Source: Bryobacterales bacterium (GTDB lineage: Bacteria; Acidobacteriota; Terriglobia; Bryobacterales; UBA6623). Taken from it: DNA of 64,000 bases. The stretch is from the NCBI GenBank assembly GCA_963422375.2, contig OY729428.2:1920001-1984000 (forward strand). The letters run 5' to 3'. Each line of letters opens with the position of its first letter. Position 1 is the stretch's first letter. The notes under the pieces are model-generated. The model saw only the letters and a program-made list of their open reading frames with translations, did no database searches and was not told the origin of the DNA. The translations under genes were made by a program, and so were the position numbers. Positions 1 through 11,340 of the stretch are shown here, piece by piece.

Positions 1-376
1 GAGCCCGACATGGCCTCGGCAAGTTCGCTCTCCATCGTGCCGAGCCTCGCGATGGGAAGCTCGGGCAGCACGTCCGCCACCGCCTCCCGGGCCGACGCGA
101 GCAGCGCGGCCGGACTCCCGCGCGTGCGCACCAAGAACGACAGCGGCAGCCGGTTGTCGCGCCAGTTGCTCGGAGTCACTGCGGGCTGGCCTGCCTAGGG
201 CACGAACAGCAGCGGCCCCGCGCCGTTTGCTAGGAACGATCCCTCCAGGAGCGCGTCCGCCACCACGCCTACGATCTCTGCCGACCAAGACTCCCACTCC
301 CTCGTTGATCACGACGGTCTGTCCCAGCGGGTTCAAGTTGCCGGGGTAGGCTCGCGCGAATGCGCCGCTGACGATG

Positions 377-1921
377 GAGCCTTTTGCAAAATTCAGAAAA
401 GAGGGCTGACCGCCCCATGAACGACTAGTTTCCGGGCTGTTATTCTCGCCGAAAAAGACCCCCTGCAGCTGGGCTTGCTCGGCTTCGGGGCGCTCCTGCG
501 AGGAGCGGCCCGGTGCAGGCGCAGCTCTCCCGGCCCGGCCCTGCGGGCGGGCGCTCTGCCCGGCTGTCCCGGCGGCCCGGGCTCTCGGAGCGCCAGGCGC
601 GGGAGCTGCTCCACCGTCAGCGCGAGCACGCCGAACAGGAGGTGGCACAGCACCTTGCCGCGGCCGCGGACGCGCACGTGGCGCCCGCCGCAATCGTCCT
701 TCAGGCGGCCGTTGACACGCTCCACCGTCGAGCGCTCGCGGTAGCGCAGCTTGGCGGGATCCGCCCGCCCGGCGCTGCGCAGCGCCTTGGCCTCCCGTTC
801 CAGATCCGCCTGCAGCTCCGTCCGGCCGCGCGGGTTGACAGCGATGAGCGGCACGTGCCCGAGCCGCTTGCTGAAGGCCCGGATCCCGGCCGCGTCGTAC
901 GCGCTGTCCATCCGGTCGTACAGGTTGTCGACGCGGCCCGCGGTCCGTGTCGCCAGCGGGATCGCGGCCTGGCTGTCGTGCAGCGAAGCCGCGGTGAGCA
1001 GGCAGCTGACCGGGATCCCGCCGTCGATCGCGTCGATAGGCAGCTTGTAGCCGCGCCAGCTGACGGTACGGCCCTTGGCGTTGCGCTTGGTGCCGGTATC
1101 GCAGCCCTGCGGCAGGTCGTGCAGCATTGCTTCGAGATTCATGTCGGGCTGCCGCGCCAGTCGGCGCGGAGCGGGCGGCCGCTGCTCGCCCTTGCGAGGG
1201 CGCCCGCGCTTGCGTTTCGGCTGGGGTTCCGGCGCGGGCTTCCCGGCGGGCCGCTCGCGGCCCTCGCTGGCGGTCGAGTCGCGGGAGACGCGCCCTGCCA
1301 AGCGGCCGTCGAGCGTCCGCGCGAGCAGCGCCTCGTGCAAGCGTCCGGGCAGTTCGCCGGCGGCGAACTCGGCGAAGGCGCGCGAGAAGGCTGCCTCGCC
1401 GGGCACGGCCCCGGCCAGGTCCCGGCCGCACAGGCGGCGCAGGGTGCGATCGGTCTGCAGGCGCTCGACCAGCGAGCGCGTAGCGGGCTGGTCGAAGACG
1501 GCCTTGGCGATGCAGGCGCGCGCCATGGCGGCGCGGCTTGCGCGGGGGCGGCCGCGGCCGCCCTGCCCGACGGGCAGGCAGTCCTCGACCTGCGCCAGTT
1601 CCACCGCTTGAACGAAGCTGCGGCAGCGCTCGCCGAGGGGGCCGAGTTCCTGCTCGAGCCAGGGGAACAGCCCCTGCTGGAACGTGAACCAGTACGCGGA
1701 TACGGTTTCTATCAAGGACATATTCGTTGAATCCTGCCAGCTGCTTACTAGGCTTGCATTACAATAATAGCACGGAGGGCAAGGGATTGCCAGGAAACTC
1801 AAAACGCATGACAAGCCATTAAAACTACATTTACTACAGTTCTATTCCATTGATTATATCGAATACTTAATAGACTAACTAAATGATAATGCTATGAGCT
1901 CGGGATTTTTGCAAAAGGCTC
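377..1921 (-). mobile_element. IS5/IS1182-like insertion sequence (1545 bp)
   Basis: Perfect 15-bp terminal inverted repeats GAGCCTTTTGCAAAA (377-391 and 1907-1921), 4-bp target duplication GATG (373-376 and 1922-1925), single DDE transposase. Confidence 0.93.
393..1721 (-). CDS. DDE transposase (IS5/IS1182-like), probably degenerate
   Basis: DST, GYKL, HDSQ, MDSAYD and RSTVERVNGRLK motifs. The low-complexity C-terminal tail suggests a lost stop codon. Confidence 0.85.
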   Translation of the reverse strand: MSLIETVSAYWFTFQQGLFPWLEQELGPLGERCRSFVQAVELAQVEDCLPVGQGGRGRPRASRAAMARACIAKAVFDQPATRSLVERLQTDRTLRRLCGRDLAGAVPGEAAFSRAFAEFAAGELPGRLHEALLARTLDGRLAGRVSRDSTASEGRERPAGKPAPEPQPKRKRGRPRKGEQRPPAPRRLARQPDMNLEAMLHDLPQGCDTGTKRNAKGRTVSWRGYKLPIDAIDGGIPVSCLLTAASLHDSQAAIPLATRTAGRVDNLYDRMDSAYDAAGIRAFSKRLGHVPLIAVNPRGRTELQADLEREAKALRSAGRADPAKLRYRERSTVERVNGRLKDDCGGRHVRVRGRGKVLCHLLFGVLALTVEQLPRLALREPGPPGQPGRAPARRAGPGELRLHRAAPRRSAPKPSKPSCRGSFSARITARKLVVHGAVSPLF

Positions 1922-3686
1922 GATGGCGACGCCCGCTCGGTCGGACGTCGTGAAGCGCCGGCCGCGAATCGGCGGAAACCCCAGCGCGCGGAAGTACGAG
2001 GGCGACACGGCCTGGATCCGCGAGAAGCGCTGGCCCATCTGGGGGCCCGCGGACTCCTCGACGGCCGTGCCGCGACAGCAGTGCGGGGGAGCCAGCGAGC
2101 AGAGGCCTACGGCGTCAACGCCCGGCAGGGCGGCAAGCCGCTCCGCGAGCTCGCTGGCCCACCGCTTCCACGATGGGGAGGATCGTCCATATGCGCCTGC
2201 CGCCGACCACCTCTCCCATTTGGGCGTACTGGTTTCGCGGCGACTCCAGTTGCACGAGCGCCAGCCGTTCCGAATCGAAGCCGAGTTCCGCGCGCTGGAT
2301 GCGCCTCAGCTCGCTGAGCAGCAGGCCGACGCCGACCAGCAAGGTCATGGCAAGGCCCGCTTCCATGAAAACCAGGGAGTCCCGCAGGAAGCTTCGGCCG
2401 CCCGCGATGCGCCCGGCCCCGCTCATGCGCGAGGTCAGGCGTGCCTGCGACTGGGCGACAGCCGGCAGGGTGCCGAACAGGATGCCGGTCCCTGCGCTGT
2501 CCGCCAGGGCGAATAGCAGCACCGGACCGTCGATCGAGAAGTCCTGCACGAACGCGGGCATGTCGGTCCATTCGGTGCGCGCCAGTATGCGGACCAACGG
2601 GCCCATGGAGATGCAGGGTGAGTCCTACGCCGGCCGCACCGCCCAACGCGGCTAGCAGCAGGCCTCGATCAGGAACTGGCGGACTAGGGCTCCGCGTCGC
2701 GTGCCGAGAGCCGAGCGGATGGCGACCTCCTCAATGCGCGTCGAACGCCTGCCGAGCATCAGGCCCGCCACGTTGCTGCAGGCGATCGGAAGCCCGCAGC
2801 CCGCAGCGAGCCAGACAATGTACAGCCCGGATTCGCTGGCGGCGGCGAGGGTATCGCTCAGCGGCTGCAGCACGACCGCGCGGTGCTCGTTCGTCTGCCT
2901 GTACTGCTCGCGGTTCCTGGCTGCGACGATCTCGAGACGCGCCCGGGCCTCCTCGACGGTCACGGAGGGATCCAGGCGAGCGATGACGCTGAGCCAAGTG
3001 ATCTGGCGCCCGTGCGACTCCACCGCCCCTTCTTGGGAGAAGGGGACCCACAGCTTGGGGCGGGGCTCTCGACGTGGAAGTCCGCAGGCAGCAGGCCCAC
3101 GATTTCGGGATCGCCTCCGAACCGCTGCATCCAGAAGCCGTGGGTCAGCAAGACGACCCGCCGGGCGCCCGGCTGGACTCGCAGGAGCGGCAAGAGCGAG
3201 GATGACATGCGCTCGCCGAGAACCCTCTGCGGCTCGGCGTCCAGCCCGCTGACGTTGAACCGACGGCGCGGACGGAAGTAGCCGAGCCCGGAAAACACTC
3301 CGTCCTGCTGTCGCCAGTCGAGCATGTCGGGGCAGGATGATGGGAAGGGCCGCCCGGACGAGTCGCGCAGGTCCCGCGTCCAGATCGAAACGAGCCGGTC
3401 CGGCTGGTCAATCGGGGCCGCCTGCCACAGCGTGGACTTGACCAGCGTGAAGATCGCCGTGTTGGGTCCGATTCCGAGCTCCAGCGTCGCAGCCACGACC
3501 GCGACGAACATCGGAGCGCGTCAGAGAACGCGTATGGCGTAGCGGAGGTCCTGCAGCAGGCTCGCCAGGGTCACTCGGGGCCGGGGACCGCCTCTCGCCC
3601 GCCGGGGCCCTACAATCTTCCCGGCGTACTCCAGCGCGCGTGTCCCCGGGGAGCGGATCCGTCGGCGGGACCCGCGCTGGAGCGAC

Positions 3687-5033
3687 TCAGCGGTTGGCCT
3701 TCGTGTCCTCCAGCCAGGCCTCGAACTCCTGCCACAGGCGCCGGGCGACCTCCGGTCTGCCGCTCGCTACGTCCGTGGTCTCGACATGGTCGACCGACAG
3801 GTCGTAGAGCTCGATCGGCCCGTCTGCCACCGGGCGGACCAGCTTCCAGCGGCCTTGTCGCATCCCGCTCGCCTCGCGGTAGCGGAAGAAAAGGCTGTGA
3901 TGCGGCGAGGGAGCTCCGTCGCGGAGCACGGCTAGAGGATCCCGTCCGTCGATCACGCGATCCTCGGGCATTTCGATCCCTGCCGCGTGCAAAGCCAGGA
4001 CGAACAAATCCATGTTCGACAGCGGCTCGCGCACGACGGAATGCTCCGGAATCCTCCCGGGCCACCGCAGGATGCAGGGCGTGCGCACACCTCCTTCGTA
4101 GACTGTCGTGCGTCCGTCGCGGAACGGCGCGTTGGACGCGACTTCGAGAGCGGGCTTCCGCGGGCCGACCCAGGCGCCGTTGTCGGAAGCGAGGACGACA
4201 AGCGTCGATTCGGCCAGCCCCTGGATGTTGAGTTGGTCGAGAATGCGCCCGACCCCCGCGTCGAGCGCCGTCATGACGGCGCGATAGCCGTGCTCGGCGA
4301 CTTCCGTGTCCGGGGCGTAGCCGTACAGGCGGAAGAATTCCGCCGGCGCCTGCCAGCGGAAGGGCTGCCCGGGGGCCTTGTTCCTAGGGTTGGGATAGTG
4401 CGCTGCGTTGAATGGCACGTAGGCGAGAAACGGGCGACCCGCGTTTCGGCGAATGAAGTCGCAAGCCGCGTCGGCGAAGATGTCCGTCGTGTAGCCCTCG
4501 ATCCTTGCCGGATCCGCGCCGACGTACATGTCGTGGCGACCGTTGTAGGAATGGGTGAAGTAGTCGCAGTTGCCCGAAATGCAGCCGATGTACTCGTCGA
4601 AGCCGCGATCGGTCGGCCTGCTCCCGACCGCGAATCCGATGTTCCACTTGCCGAAAGCGCCCGTCGCGTACCCGCGCTCTTTCAGATATTCCGGCAGGAT
4701 CTTCTCGCGATGGGGCAGTCCGACGCCGGTCCAGTTCTCCTGCGCGGACAGCTGCTGGGTCAGGCCGTTCCGTCGGGGGTAGCGGCCGGTCAGGAGCGCG
4801 CCGCGGGAAGGCGAGCAGGAAGACGAAGGGATGTAGAAGTCGGTGAGCTTGGCGCCTTGGGCGGCGAGCCGGTCGATGTTCGGCGTCTTGATGACGGGGT
4901 TTCCGTAACAGGCCAGATCACCCCATCCGACATTGTCGATGTAGATCAGGACGACGTTCGCCTCTCTCTCGTCCTGCGCCGGGGCGTGCGCGGCGAGGCA
5001 GGCTCCCAAGGCGGTCGCTAGCAGTCGGCTCAC
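3687..5033 (-). CDS. Arylsulfatase-like sulfatase with signal peptide
   Basis: NVVLIYIDNVGWGD, CSPSRGALLTGR formylglycine motif, GKW, SDNG, YEGGVRTP. Confidence 0.93.
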   Translation of the reverse strand: MSRLLATALGACLAAHAPAQDEREANVVLIYIDNVGWGDLACYGNPVIKTPNIDRLAAQGAKLTDFYIPSSSCSPSRGALLTGRYPRRNGLTQQLSAQENWTGVGLPHREKILPEYLKERGYATGAFGKWNIGFAVGSRPTDRGFDEYIGCISGNCDYFTHSYNGRHDMYVGADPARIEGYTTDIFADAACDFIRRNAGRPFLAYVPFNAAHYPNPRNKAPGQPFRWQAPAEFFRLYGYAPDTEVAEHGYRAVMTALDAGVGRILDQLNIQGLAESTLVVLASDNGAWVGPRKPALEVASNAPFRDGRTTVYEGGVRTPCILRWPGRIPEHSVVREPLSNMDLFVLALHAAGIEMPEDRVIDGRDPLAVLRDGAPSPHHSLFFRYREASGMRQGRWKLVRPVADGPIELYDLSVDHVETTDVASGRPEVARRLWQEFEAWLEDTKANR

Positions 5034-5045
5034 GCTGGCACTCTA
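5034..5045 (-). promoter_or_regulatory. Candidate -10 box for a leaderless sulfatase transcript
   Basis: TAGAGT (TANNNT) lies 6 nt before the GTG start; no Shine-Dalgarno. Confidence 0.4.
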
Positions 5046-5378
5046 CTACACGCTGGCCGGGCATCCCGAGGCGCGCCAGCGCGCGACCCGTGGTTCTAGC
5101 CGCAACCGGCGGTATCGCTGCCGCCCCGCCGTGCGCTCCGGGCGCTGTTGCCTGCCCGCAAGGCAAATCGGTCAATCCCGGGGTCCGCGACGGCACGCCG
5201 AGCGGGACTTGAATCGCCCGGGAGCTCGGCACTGTCGCGAGCACGCCTCGCGACGAATTCGGCTGGACCGGGTCCGTTGGGATCCGGTCCAGCCCGAAAT
5301 CACCCGACCGAGGCCCTGCTCCCGCCGGATTCCGGCGGGAGCAGGGCCCGGCGGCGGCCCGAACGGCTCGGGGCGCCG

Positions 5379-8300
5379 CTAGAAGTACAGCTTCAGGCCC
5401 AGCTGCCCGATACGGGCCGCTTCCGCTGCCGTGATGTTGCCGAAATTATTGTTGCCGAAGCTCGTGTTCGGCCGAAGGAACACCGTGTTGTTGAAGAAGT
5501 TGAAGAACTCCGCCCTCAACTGCAGCCGCACCCGTTCGCTGAACGGAAAGTCCTTCAGGATCGACACGTCCCAGTTGATGTAATCCGGCTCGCGGGCGTC
5601 CGGAAGGAAGTTCCCCATGTTGCCGAAGGTGAAGTCCGGCGGCTGCTCGAACGCGTCGGCGTTGAAGTAGGGCTTGCCCCCGAACCGCCCGCCCAGCCGC
5701 TCGGTGACATTGCCTGCGGTCTCTGGCAGCTGCCCGAGCACACGGTTCGGCGTCTGGCGTCCGCCGAAGGCGTTGAGGTTGTTGAACCGCGAGGTGATAC
5801 CGACAGGCAGCCCGCTCTGCATCGTGGTGACGCCGCTGATGTTCCAGCCGCCGAGAACTTGGTTGACCCAACCGCCCCGGTTGAGCAGGCGCCGTCCCTT
5901 GCCGAACGGCAGGTCGTACTGGTAGTTGATGACGAGCCGGTGCGCGACGTCCAGGCCCGAGAGGGTCCGGTCCAGGCGCTTGTCGTAGTGGTTCGTGTAT
6001 CCGGGATTCTGCGCGCCCAGGAAGCCGGCCACGGAACTCACGTCGTCGATCATCTTCGACCACGTGTACGCGCCCAGCAGCTGCAGGCCCCCGGCGTAGC
6101 GCTTGCGCATCTTCACCTGCAGCGCGTGATAGCTGGAATGGAACTCGTAGCCACGAGGTGTGTTGAGACCTGAGTAGTGCGGATACGGGCGAAGGAGTTG
6201 GCCAACGGCGATCGTCTGTCGGCCCAGCCCTAAGTTGCTGGGGATAACCCCGAAGAAGGGATTGTCCACCCGGTCGTTGAGCCGGTCGCCCATCGACTGG
6301 TACTGGTTCGGCAGCTGGTTGAACTGAACGCCTGTGCCGAGCAGCTTGACCCCGGAGTTGCCGGCGTAGGCCACGTCGATCAGCCAGCTCTCCGGCAGCT
6401 CGTACTGGACATTGAAGTTCCACTGGATCGAGTACGGCGTGCGGTCCGTCCGTACGATGGCGGCCGGTCCCTGCCCGAGAAACGTCGCCGACCCCTCGGC
6501 GCCGTTCGACGGAGCGACGAAGCCTAGGGGGAATGGATCCGCTATATCCGCGAAGGGCGTGCGCCCGCCGTCTTGGCTGCCGATGACGGGCGAGATGGCG
6601 TTGAAGCTCACCGCGCCGACGGTGGAGGTACCCGGCCCGAACCCTGTAGTGGGGTTGTAGAAGAAGCCGGCCCCGGTGCGGATGACGAGCTTGTCAGTCA
6701 GCTTGTAGGCCAGCCCGAGGCGAGGCGCGACGTTGTTGTTGTCGTAATTCTTGATGTGCCGGGGCTTGCCGCCGACGCCGGCGAACTCGAGGCCGCCCAG
6801 CACCTGGCGCTCCATGCCCGCGGTGTCGATCGCGAGCTCGGGCTGCTGCAGGTTGAAATCGAACCAGCTGGCTCGGTTGTACCGCTCGGTGATCGGACGG
6901 TCCTGGTCCCACCGCAGCCCGACGTTCAGCGTCAGCCGGTCGGAGACTTTCCAGTCGTCCTGAAGGTAGAAGCCCCAGTAGGGCGTCTGCTGCGAGAGCG
7001 ACGGCTCGAAGCGCATCCGGCCGCCGTTCATCAATCCGAGCAGCATGCTGGCGACAGAGTTCCCCTCCTGACCGCGGTTGAAGCGCTCGCGCGTCCAGTT
7101 GCGGTTGAACTGGAAGAAGCCCGCCGGGTCGGCCGGCCGGTGATTCGACACGCGGTTGAGGCGGAACACGCCGCCGAACTTGATCGTGTGGTCACCGAAC
7201 AGCCGCGACATGTCGCCCACCCAGGTGTGCGACTCGAACTTGTTGCCGATGTACCAGAACGCGTTGTTGCCCATCTGCTGGAAGTCAGCGACCTGGACGC
7301 GCGGGAAGACCGGGAACTGGGCCTGGCCGTCGAGGGCGGACGGGAGCCCCAGAGACGAGAGGGCGACGTCCTCCTCGATGTAGCGCCGGGGGTTTGCGTG
7401 GTAGGAGTAGCCGTAGTTGCCGTGCATGACCCAGCCGTTCCAGAGGTAGGTGTCGTCCAGCGTGTACGAGCGGTTGATCGAGCCGTTCCATCCCGAGCCC
7501 GGGGACGCAATGCTGTTCCAGCGGCTCGGCAGGGTGTTGAGCGTCTTGTTGAGCGAGACGCGCACGAACAGATTGTTGCGCTCGGTGACGCGGTAGTCCA
7601 CCTTCGACGACGTGTCCCAGGTGTTCGGTCGTGCGCCGAGCTGCGAGAAGAAGTTGTTGCGGATTCCGGGGGCCGTGGGTTCCGGGTAGTACGACAGAAA
7701 CTTGAGCGCCGTGGCGTTGTGGCGGTCTGCGGGAACCTGGTTGTTAGGGAACGGGTCGCGGGTGCCGTCGCCCTTGATCGTCAGCGGGTCGTGGACGATG
7801 CGGTTGTCCTCGCCGAAGTCGCCCCGCTTCATCCGCGGTGTCGGCACCGACTGCGTGACCGAGGCGGGATTCACCTGCCTGCGGAACTCGACGCTCTGGA
7901 AGAAGAAGAGGCGCTGCCGCGAGCCCGACAGCGGGCCTCCCAGCGTGCCCCCGAACTGGTTGAACCGGAACGGCGCCCGATCGCGTCCGTTGGCGTTGGC
8001 GAACCAGTTGTTGGCTTGGAGCTTGTCGTTGCGGAGGAATTCGTACAGCACGCCGTGGAACTCACTGCCGCCGGACCGCGTGACCATGTTGACCACCGCG
8101 CCTGCCGTCCGGCCGTACTCGGCGGAGAACGCGTTGGTCTGGACCTTGAACTCCTGCAGGGTGTCGGGGGAAGGGATGTACGACGGCTGGTTGTACCCCA
8201 TGACCTCCTGCGATGAGCCGTCGAGCATGATCGAGTTGGCCACGTTGCGGCCGCCGTTGGCCGAGAACGCGACCGCGGAGATCGATCCGTTCCCGCTTGT

Positions 8301-8828
8301 AGAATTGCGGAAGTTGCGCGTCGTGTTGATGCCCGGCGTGAGTCCAATCAGCTGCAGGACGTTCCGTCCGTTCAGCGGGAGGGACTCGGCGGTGCGGGAA
8401 TTGACCACCTCGCCGAGGTCCGACGTGGCGGTCGCCAGCAGAGGCGCCTCTGCCGTGATCTCGACCGTCTCGGTCACCTCGCCCACCTCGAGCGGGATGT
8501 CGATCTCGGCAACTTGCGCGACCTGCAGGATGAAGCTTGGACGGATGTAGCGCTTGAAGCCGTCCGCGGCGACCTCCAGGGAATAGCTTCCCGGCGGGAT
8601 TTGCTGGAAGACGTATGCGCCCACCGCATTGGATTCCGCGCTCCATGGGCGGTTCTGGTCCACGTGCGTCAGCGTGAGCGTGGCGCCCGGGATCACCGCG
8701 CCGGTGGAGTCGGTGACTGCCCCGCGCACGGTGGCTGTCTGAGTCTGGGCGGACGCCGGCTCGACAGCGAGCGCGGATGCCAGCAGGGTGGCAAGCAGCC
8801 ATCCCGAGAGGTTAGAAATTGATCGCAT
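5379..8828 (-). CDS. TonB-dependent receptor, Oar-like, with carboxypeptidase-regulatory-like N-domain
   Basis: Signal peptide, GAVTDSTGAVIPGA, LPLNGRN, EFKVQTNAFSAEYGR, YEFLRN, C-terminal GLKLYF. Confidence 0.93.
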   Translation of the reverse strand: MRSISNLSGWLLATLLASALAVEPASAQTQTATVRGAVTDSTGAVIPGATLTLTHVDQNRPWSAESNAVGAYVFQQIPPGSYSLEVAADGFKRYIRPSFILQVAQVAEIDIPLEVGEVTETVEITAEAPLLATATSDLGEVVNSRTAESLPLNGRNVLQLIGLTPGINTTRNFRNSTSGNGSISAVAFSANGGRNVANSIMLDGSSQEVMGYNQPSYIPSPDTLQEFKVQTNAFSAEYGRTAGAVVNMVTRSGGSEFHGVLYEFLRNDKLQANNWFANANGRDRAPFRFNQFGGTLGGPLSGSRQRLFFFQSVEFRRQVNPASVTQSVPTPRMKRGDFGEDNRIVHDPLTIKGDGTRDPFPNNQVPADRHNATALKFLSYYPEPTAPGIRNNFFSQLGARPNTWDTSSKVDYRVTERNNLFVRVSLNKTLNTLPSRWNSIASPGSGWNGSINRSYTLDDTYLWNGWVMHGNYGYSYHANPRRYIEEDVALSSLGLPSALDGQAQFPVFPRVQVADFQQMGNNAFWYIGNKFESHTWVGDMSRLFGDHTIKFGGVFRLNRVSNHRPADPAGFFQFNRNWTRERFNRGQEGNSVASMLLGLMNGGRMRFEPSLSQQTPYWGFYLQDDWKVSDRLTLNVGLRWDQDRPITERYNRASWFDFNLQQPELAIDTAGMERQVLGGLEFAGVGGKPRHIKNYDNNNVAPRLGLAYKLTDKLVIRTGAGFFYNPTTGFGPGTSTVGAVSFNAISPVIGSQDGGRTPFADIADPFPLGFVAPSNGAEGSATFLGQGPAAIVRTDRTPYSIQWNFNVQYELPESWLIDVAYAGNSGVKLLGTGVQFNQLPNQYQSMGDRLNDRVDNPFFGVIPSNLGLGRQTIAVGQLLRPYPHYSGLNTPRGYEFHSSYHALQVKMRKRYAGGLQLLGAYTWSKMIDDVSSVAGFLGAQNPGYTNHYDKRLDRTLSGLDVAHRLVINYQYDLPFGKGRRLLNRGGWVNQVLGGWNISGVTTMQSGLPVGITSRFNNLNAFGGRQTPNRVLGQLPETAGNVTERLGGRFGGKPYFNADAFEQPPDFTFGNMGNFLPDAREPDYINWDVSILKDFPFSERVRLQLRAEFFNFFNNTVFLRPNTSFGNNNFGNITAAEAARIGQLGLKLYF

Positions 8829-8917
8829 GATAGCCCCCAAGTCCGGTAGCACCGGCAATACATCAATTCGGGCCGGCGGGAACCCCAATATCCCGCGCCA
8901 AGCCCCCCAACGCGACC

Positions 8918-8946
8918 ATTGTAGGATGCCTCGCGGGTCATGTCAA
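8918..8946 (-). promoter_or_regulatory. Sigma70-type promoter for the TonB receptor
   Basis: TTGACA (8946-8941), 17-nt spacer, TACAAT (8923-8918), about 90 nt upstream of the ATG. Confidence 0.7.
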
Positions 8947-9509
8947 CGGGAAACGCCGGCCGCCCGTCACCGCTTGGCCCGGTCTTGTGCGTGACACGGG
9001 CGGACCATTCCCCGAGGGCCGAACGCGGGGCCTAGGCCACATTGCGCCGCCAGCGAAGGCAGTGACCGGAGGCCCTTGGCGGCTTCGGGGCGGCTTCCCC
9101 GGCGCGCGGACGCCACACCTTCTCCGACGACTCCGTCTGGCATGCGCTCAGCCGTGCCCGTGGGCCAAGGTTGACTGGCGCTTGGCGCGAATCGGCACGG
9201 AGGTGCCCCGCCATTGGGTGTCAAGCGCCGGGAGTGAGGAGTTTACTCGCCGAGTCAGGGCTGCAAGGAGGGGGTCCGCCTTGCAGGACTCCGCGGCAGT
9301 CTCGCGCCGCACCTACCGTGTCCGCGAGTGGACTCGAGCGAACCCGGAGCGAGCCTGCCTCTCGCGGCGGACAGGCCTGGAATGCCCTCTCGATGTCAAT
9401 TGGGTTGGCCTATCCGCAGCGACTAGCGCGCGAATCGGTCCTCGGGCTGGCGGCCCGGTTCGGATCGCGGCAGCGGCGCGCCGCCACGCGCCCTGCTACC
9501 CCGGCACCG

Positions 9510-9836
9510 TCAGCCCTTGCAGAGATCCGAGTCCTTGCAGAGCACGGCGGACTCGACGGTCTTGATCGCCTCGCCCTCGACCTTGCCGGTGACCGCGACC
9601 ATCTCGCCAGCGAACTTCCTCACCCTCTCCTGCTCGGAGATCGAGTAGATCCGCCCGTCTTCTGTCACGAGCACAGCTGTCGCCCCGCCGTTCACGCAGT
9701 TCTTCGCGCAATCCGGGTTGCGGGCCTCGCCCTTCCGGGCGCATCCCTCGTCGGAAATGTAGCCGGTCAGCGTGGCACCGAGGCATAGACCGCTGGCCAG
9801 CAGCGCCAGAGCCAGCAGCGTTGCGATTCGTCTCAT
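9510..9836 (-). CDS. Small secreted Cys-containing protein (DUF5818-like)
   Basis: Signal peptide, GYISDEGC..CAKNCV.GG..VLV pattern; AGGAG Shine-Dalgarno upstream. Confidence 0.75.
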   Translation of the reverse strand: MRRIATLLALALLASGLCLGATLTGYISDEGCARKGEARNPDCAKNCVNGGATAVLVTEDGRIYSISEQERVRKFAGEMVAVTGKVEGEAIKTVESAVLCKDSDLCKG

Positions 9837-10071
9837 CGAGGTTCTCCTTCGTGGATTCGGGGCCCAGATCTGCCCTGGTGCCTTGATCGTAGCCGGTCGC
9901 GGCCTCGGAAGTCAAACTCGCGGGCGCGCGGCGAGCGCTGGGGCGGGATCGACCAGTTGCTTCGGATGTGTCCTGTCGCGCGGGGCCGCCACGATACCTC
10001 AGCGGCGCGGCTTCCTCCTAGAGCAGTAGCGGGTTGCCCTCCATACTCTGCGGATCGGCCGTCTCCGCGAG

Positions 10072-11340
10072 TCAGTCGTCGAGAAGGCGGCGCAAGGTGC
10101 CGAATGGTCTCGGAATGGCGCGGGTCCCCCGCCAGATCTTACTGCTCGTGACGGTCGTCTCGCACGAAGTAGAGCTCCTCCGAAGGCCGCCGTCCGCACC
10201 GTTCGACGATCGCCCGCGCCTCCCGATCGGTCTCGGCCGCATCCTTCTATGAAGGCCGGCAGAATCGGTCCGACCGGGGAGTGCCTCGATTGATGTGCGA
10301 GGCGAACTGGAACTCGGGGCGCAGGTTGCGGATGGACTTCCACGCTGCCGTTCGTGCAGCGCGCGTTGGATGGACGTTGAAGTCGCCGTCCCCGGTAAGC
10401 GTGGCGTAGAGCACCTCCCGGTGGCTGTTGGATGCGCCCCGGAGGACCGGCCGTCGATCCCCGACCGATTCGCCCCGCCTCCAGCCTCGACCGGCGTCGA
10501 CAGGATGTCGATCCGCTGGACCATCGACTTGGTGCGGGTTCCGCGGCGGGTGCCCCCCGGCCAGACGGCAATCATGGGCGTTCGGATGCCCGCGTGGTAG
10601 AGATTCCCCTTTTCCACACAGCATCTGGAGCCCGTGGTCACAAGTGTGCAGGAAGGGCGGGTCGTCGGCGAACTTCGCGCGGGCCGCGTCGTAGACCTGG
10701 CCCAGTTCGCCATCCTTGTTCGCGACAGCCGCCTAGTAGCGTATCCGCCCCACTCGCGTGAATGGCGCGTCGACGTGCGTCGGGGGAGGTAGCACCGCTG
10801 CCGGGCGGCACCGATTGTGCTCCGCGGGCCACGTCACGTAACGCCAGTTCGACCCGACGAAGAGGCGGAGCGCCGGTTGCCGTCGCAACCGGCCAGATAA
10901 CGGAGCGTCGCCGGTATCGCAGCGTGCTTGTGGGTTCCGGCGTGCGCCAAGTGCTCGAGTCCGTAGTCCGAGGTGTGCTCGTAGTGCGAGATCTTGCCGA
11001 CCGCGACGACCGTGCAGCCGAGTTGTTGCAGATGCGACGGCACCTTGCGCAACTCACTTCGCGGCGTGGCATGGTTCGCCTCGGCTCCGTTTCTGGACGG
11101 GTGCCGCCCGGTCAGCAGGGCCGCGCGCCTCGGCGCGCAGGCTGGCGAGTTCACCTAGGCGCGCTCGAACAGCAGTCCGTCTGCCGCCAAGTGCGCCATC
11201 TTGGGCGTCCGGACATCCCCTGCGCCGTAGGCGGAGCTGTTGATCGCTCCGTGGTCGTCGGAATGAATGATCGCCAGATGGGATGCCTTGCCGGGGCGGC
11301 GGACGGAAGGACCGCAAGGCACGGGACAGCGAAGGCGAGT
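10072..11340 (-). pseudogene. Degraded sulfatase
   Basis: IIHSDDHG..RTPKMAHLAADGLLFERA* (TAG 11155-11157) followed by VNSPACAPRRAALLTGR. KGNLYHAGIRTPMIAVWPG lies in another frame; multiple frameshifts. Confidence 0.8.

Larger units (their letters stand above)
1..3574 (-). pseudogene. ADOP/FtsX-MacB-type ABC transporter permease, fragmented and interrupted by an IS
   Basis: Typical start LLQDLRYAIRVL followed by in-frame TGA (3521-3523), then LGIGPNTAIFT. Further pieces in shifting frames: LPIACSNVAGLML..EVAIRSALG..LVRQFLIE, GILFGTLPA, LLVGVGLL, and EIVGVVAD..FVP* (TAG 195-197). IS inserted at 377-1921. Runs off the window start. Confidence 0.85.

Noticed and set aside
6573..8216. Long antisense or alternate-frame ORFs (also 28111-29784, 57244-58878, 60725-62092)
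   Set aside because: Shadows of real genes caused by high-GC codon bias; no recognisable motifs.
195..11157. TAG reassignment (TAG at probable Tyr positions 195-197 and 11155-11157)
   Set aside because: Both genes also carry frameshifts, prfA is intact, and many intact genes end in TAG.
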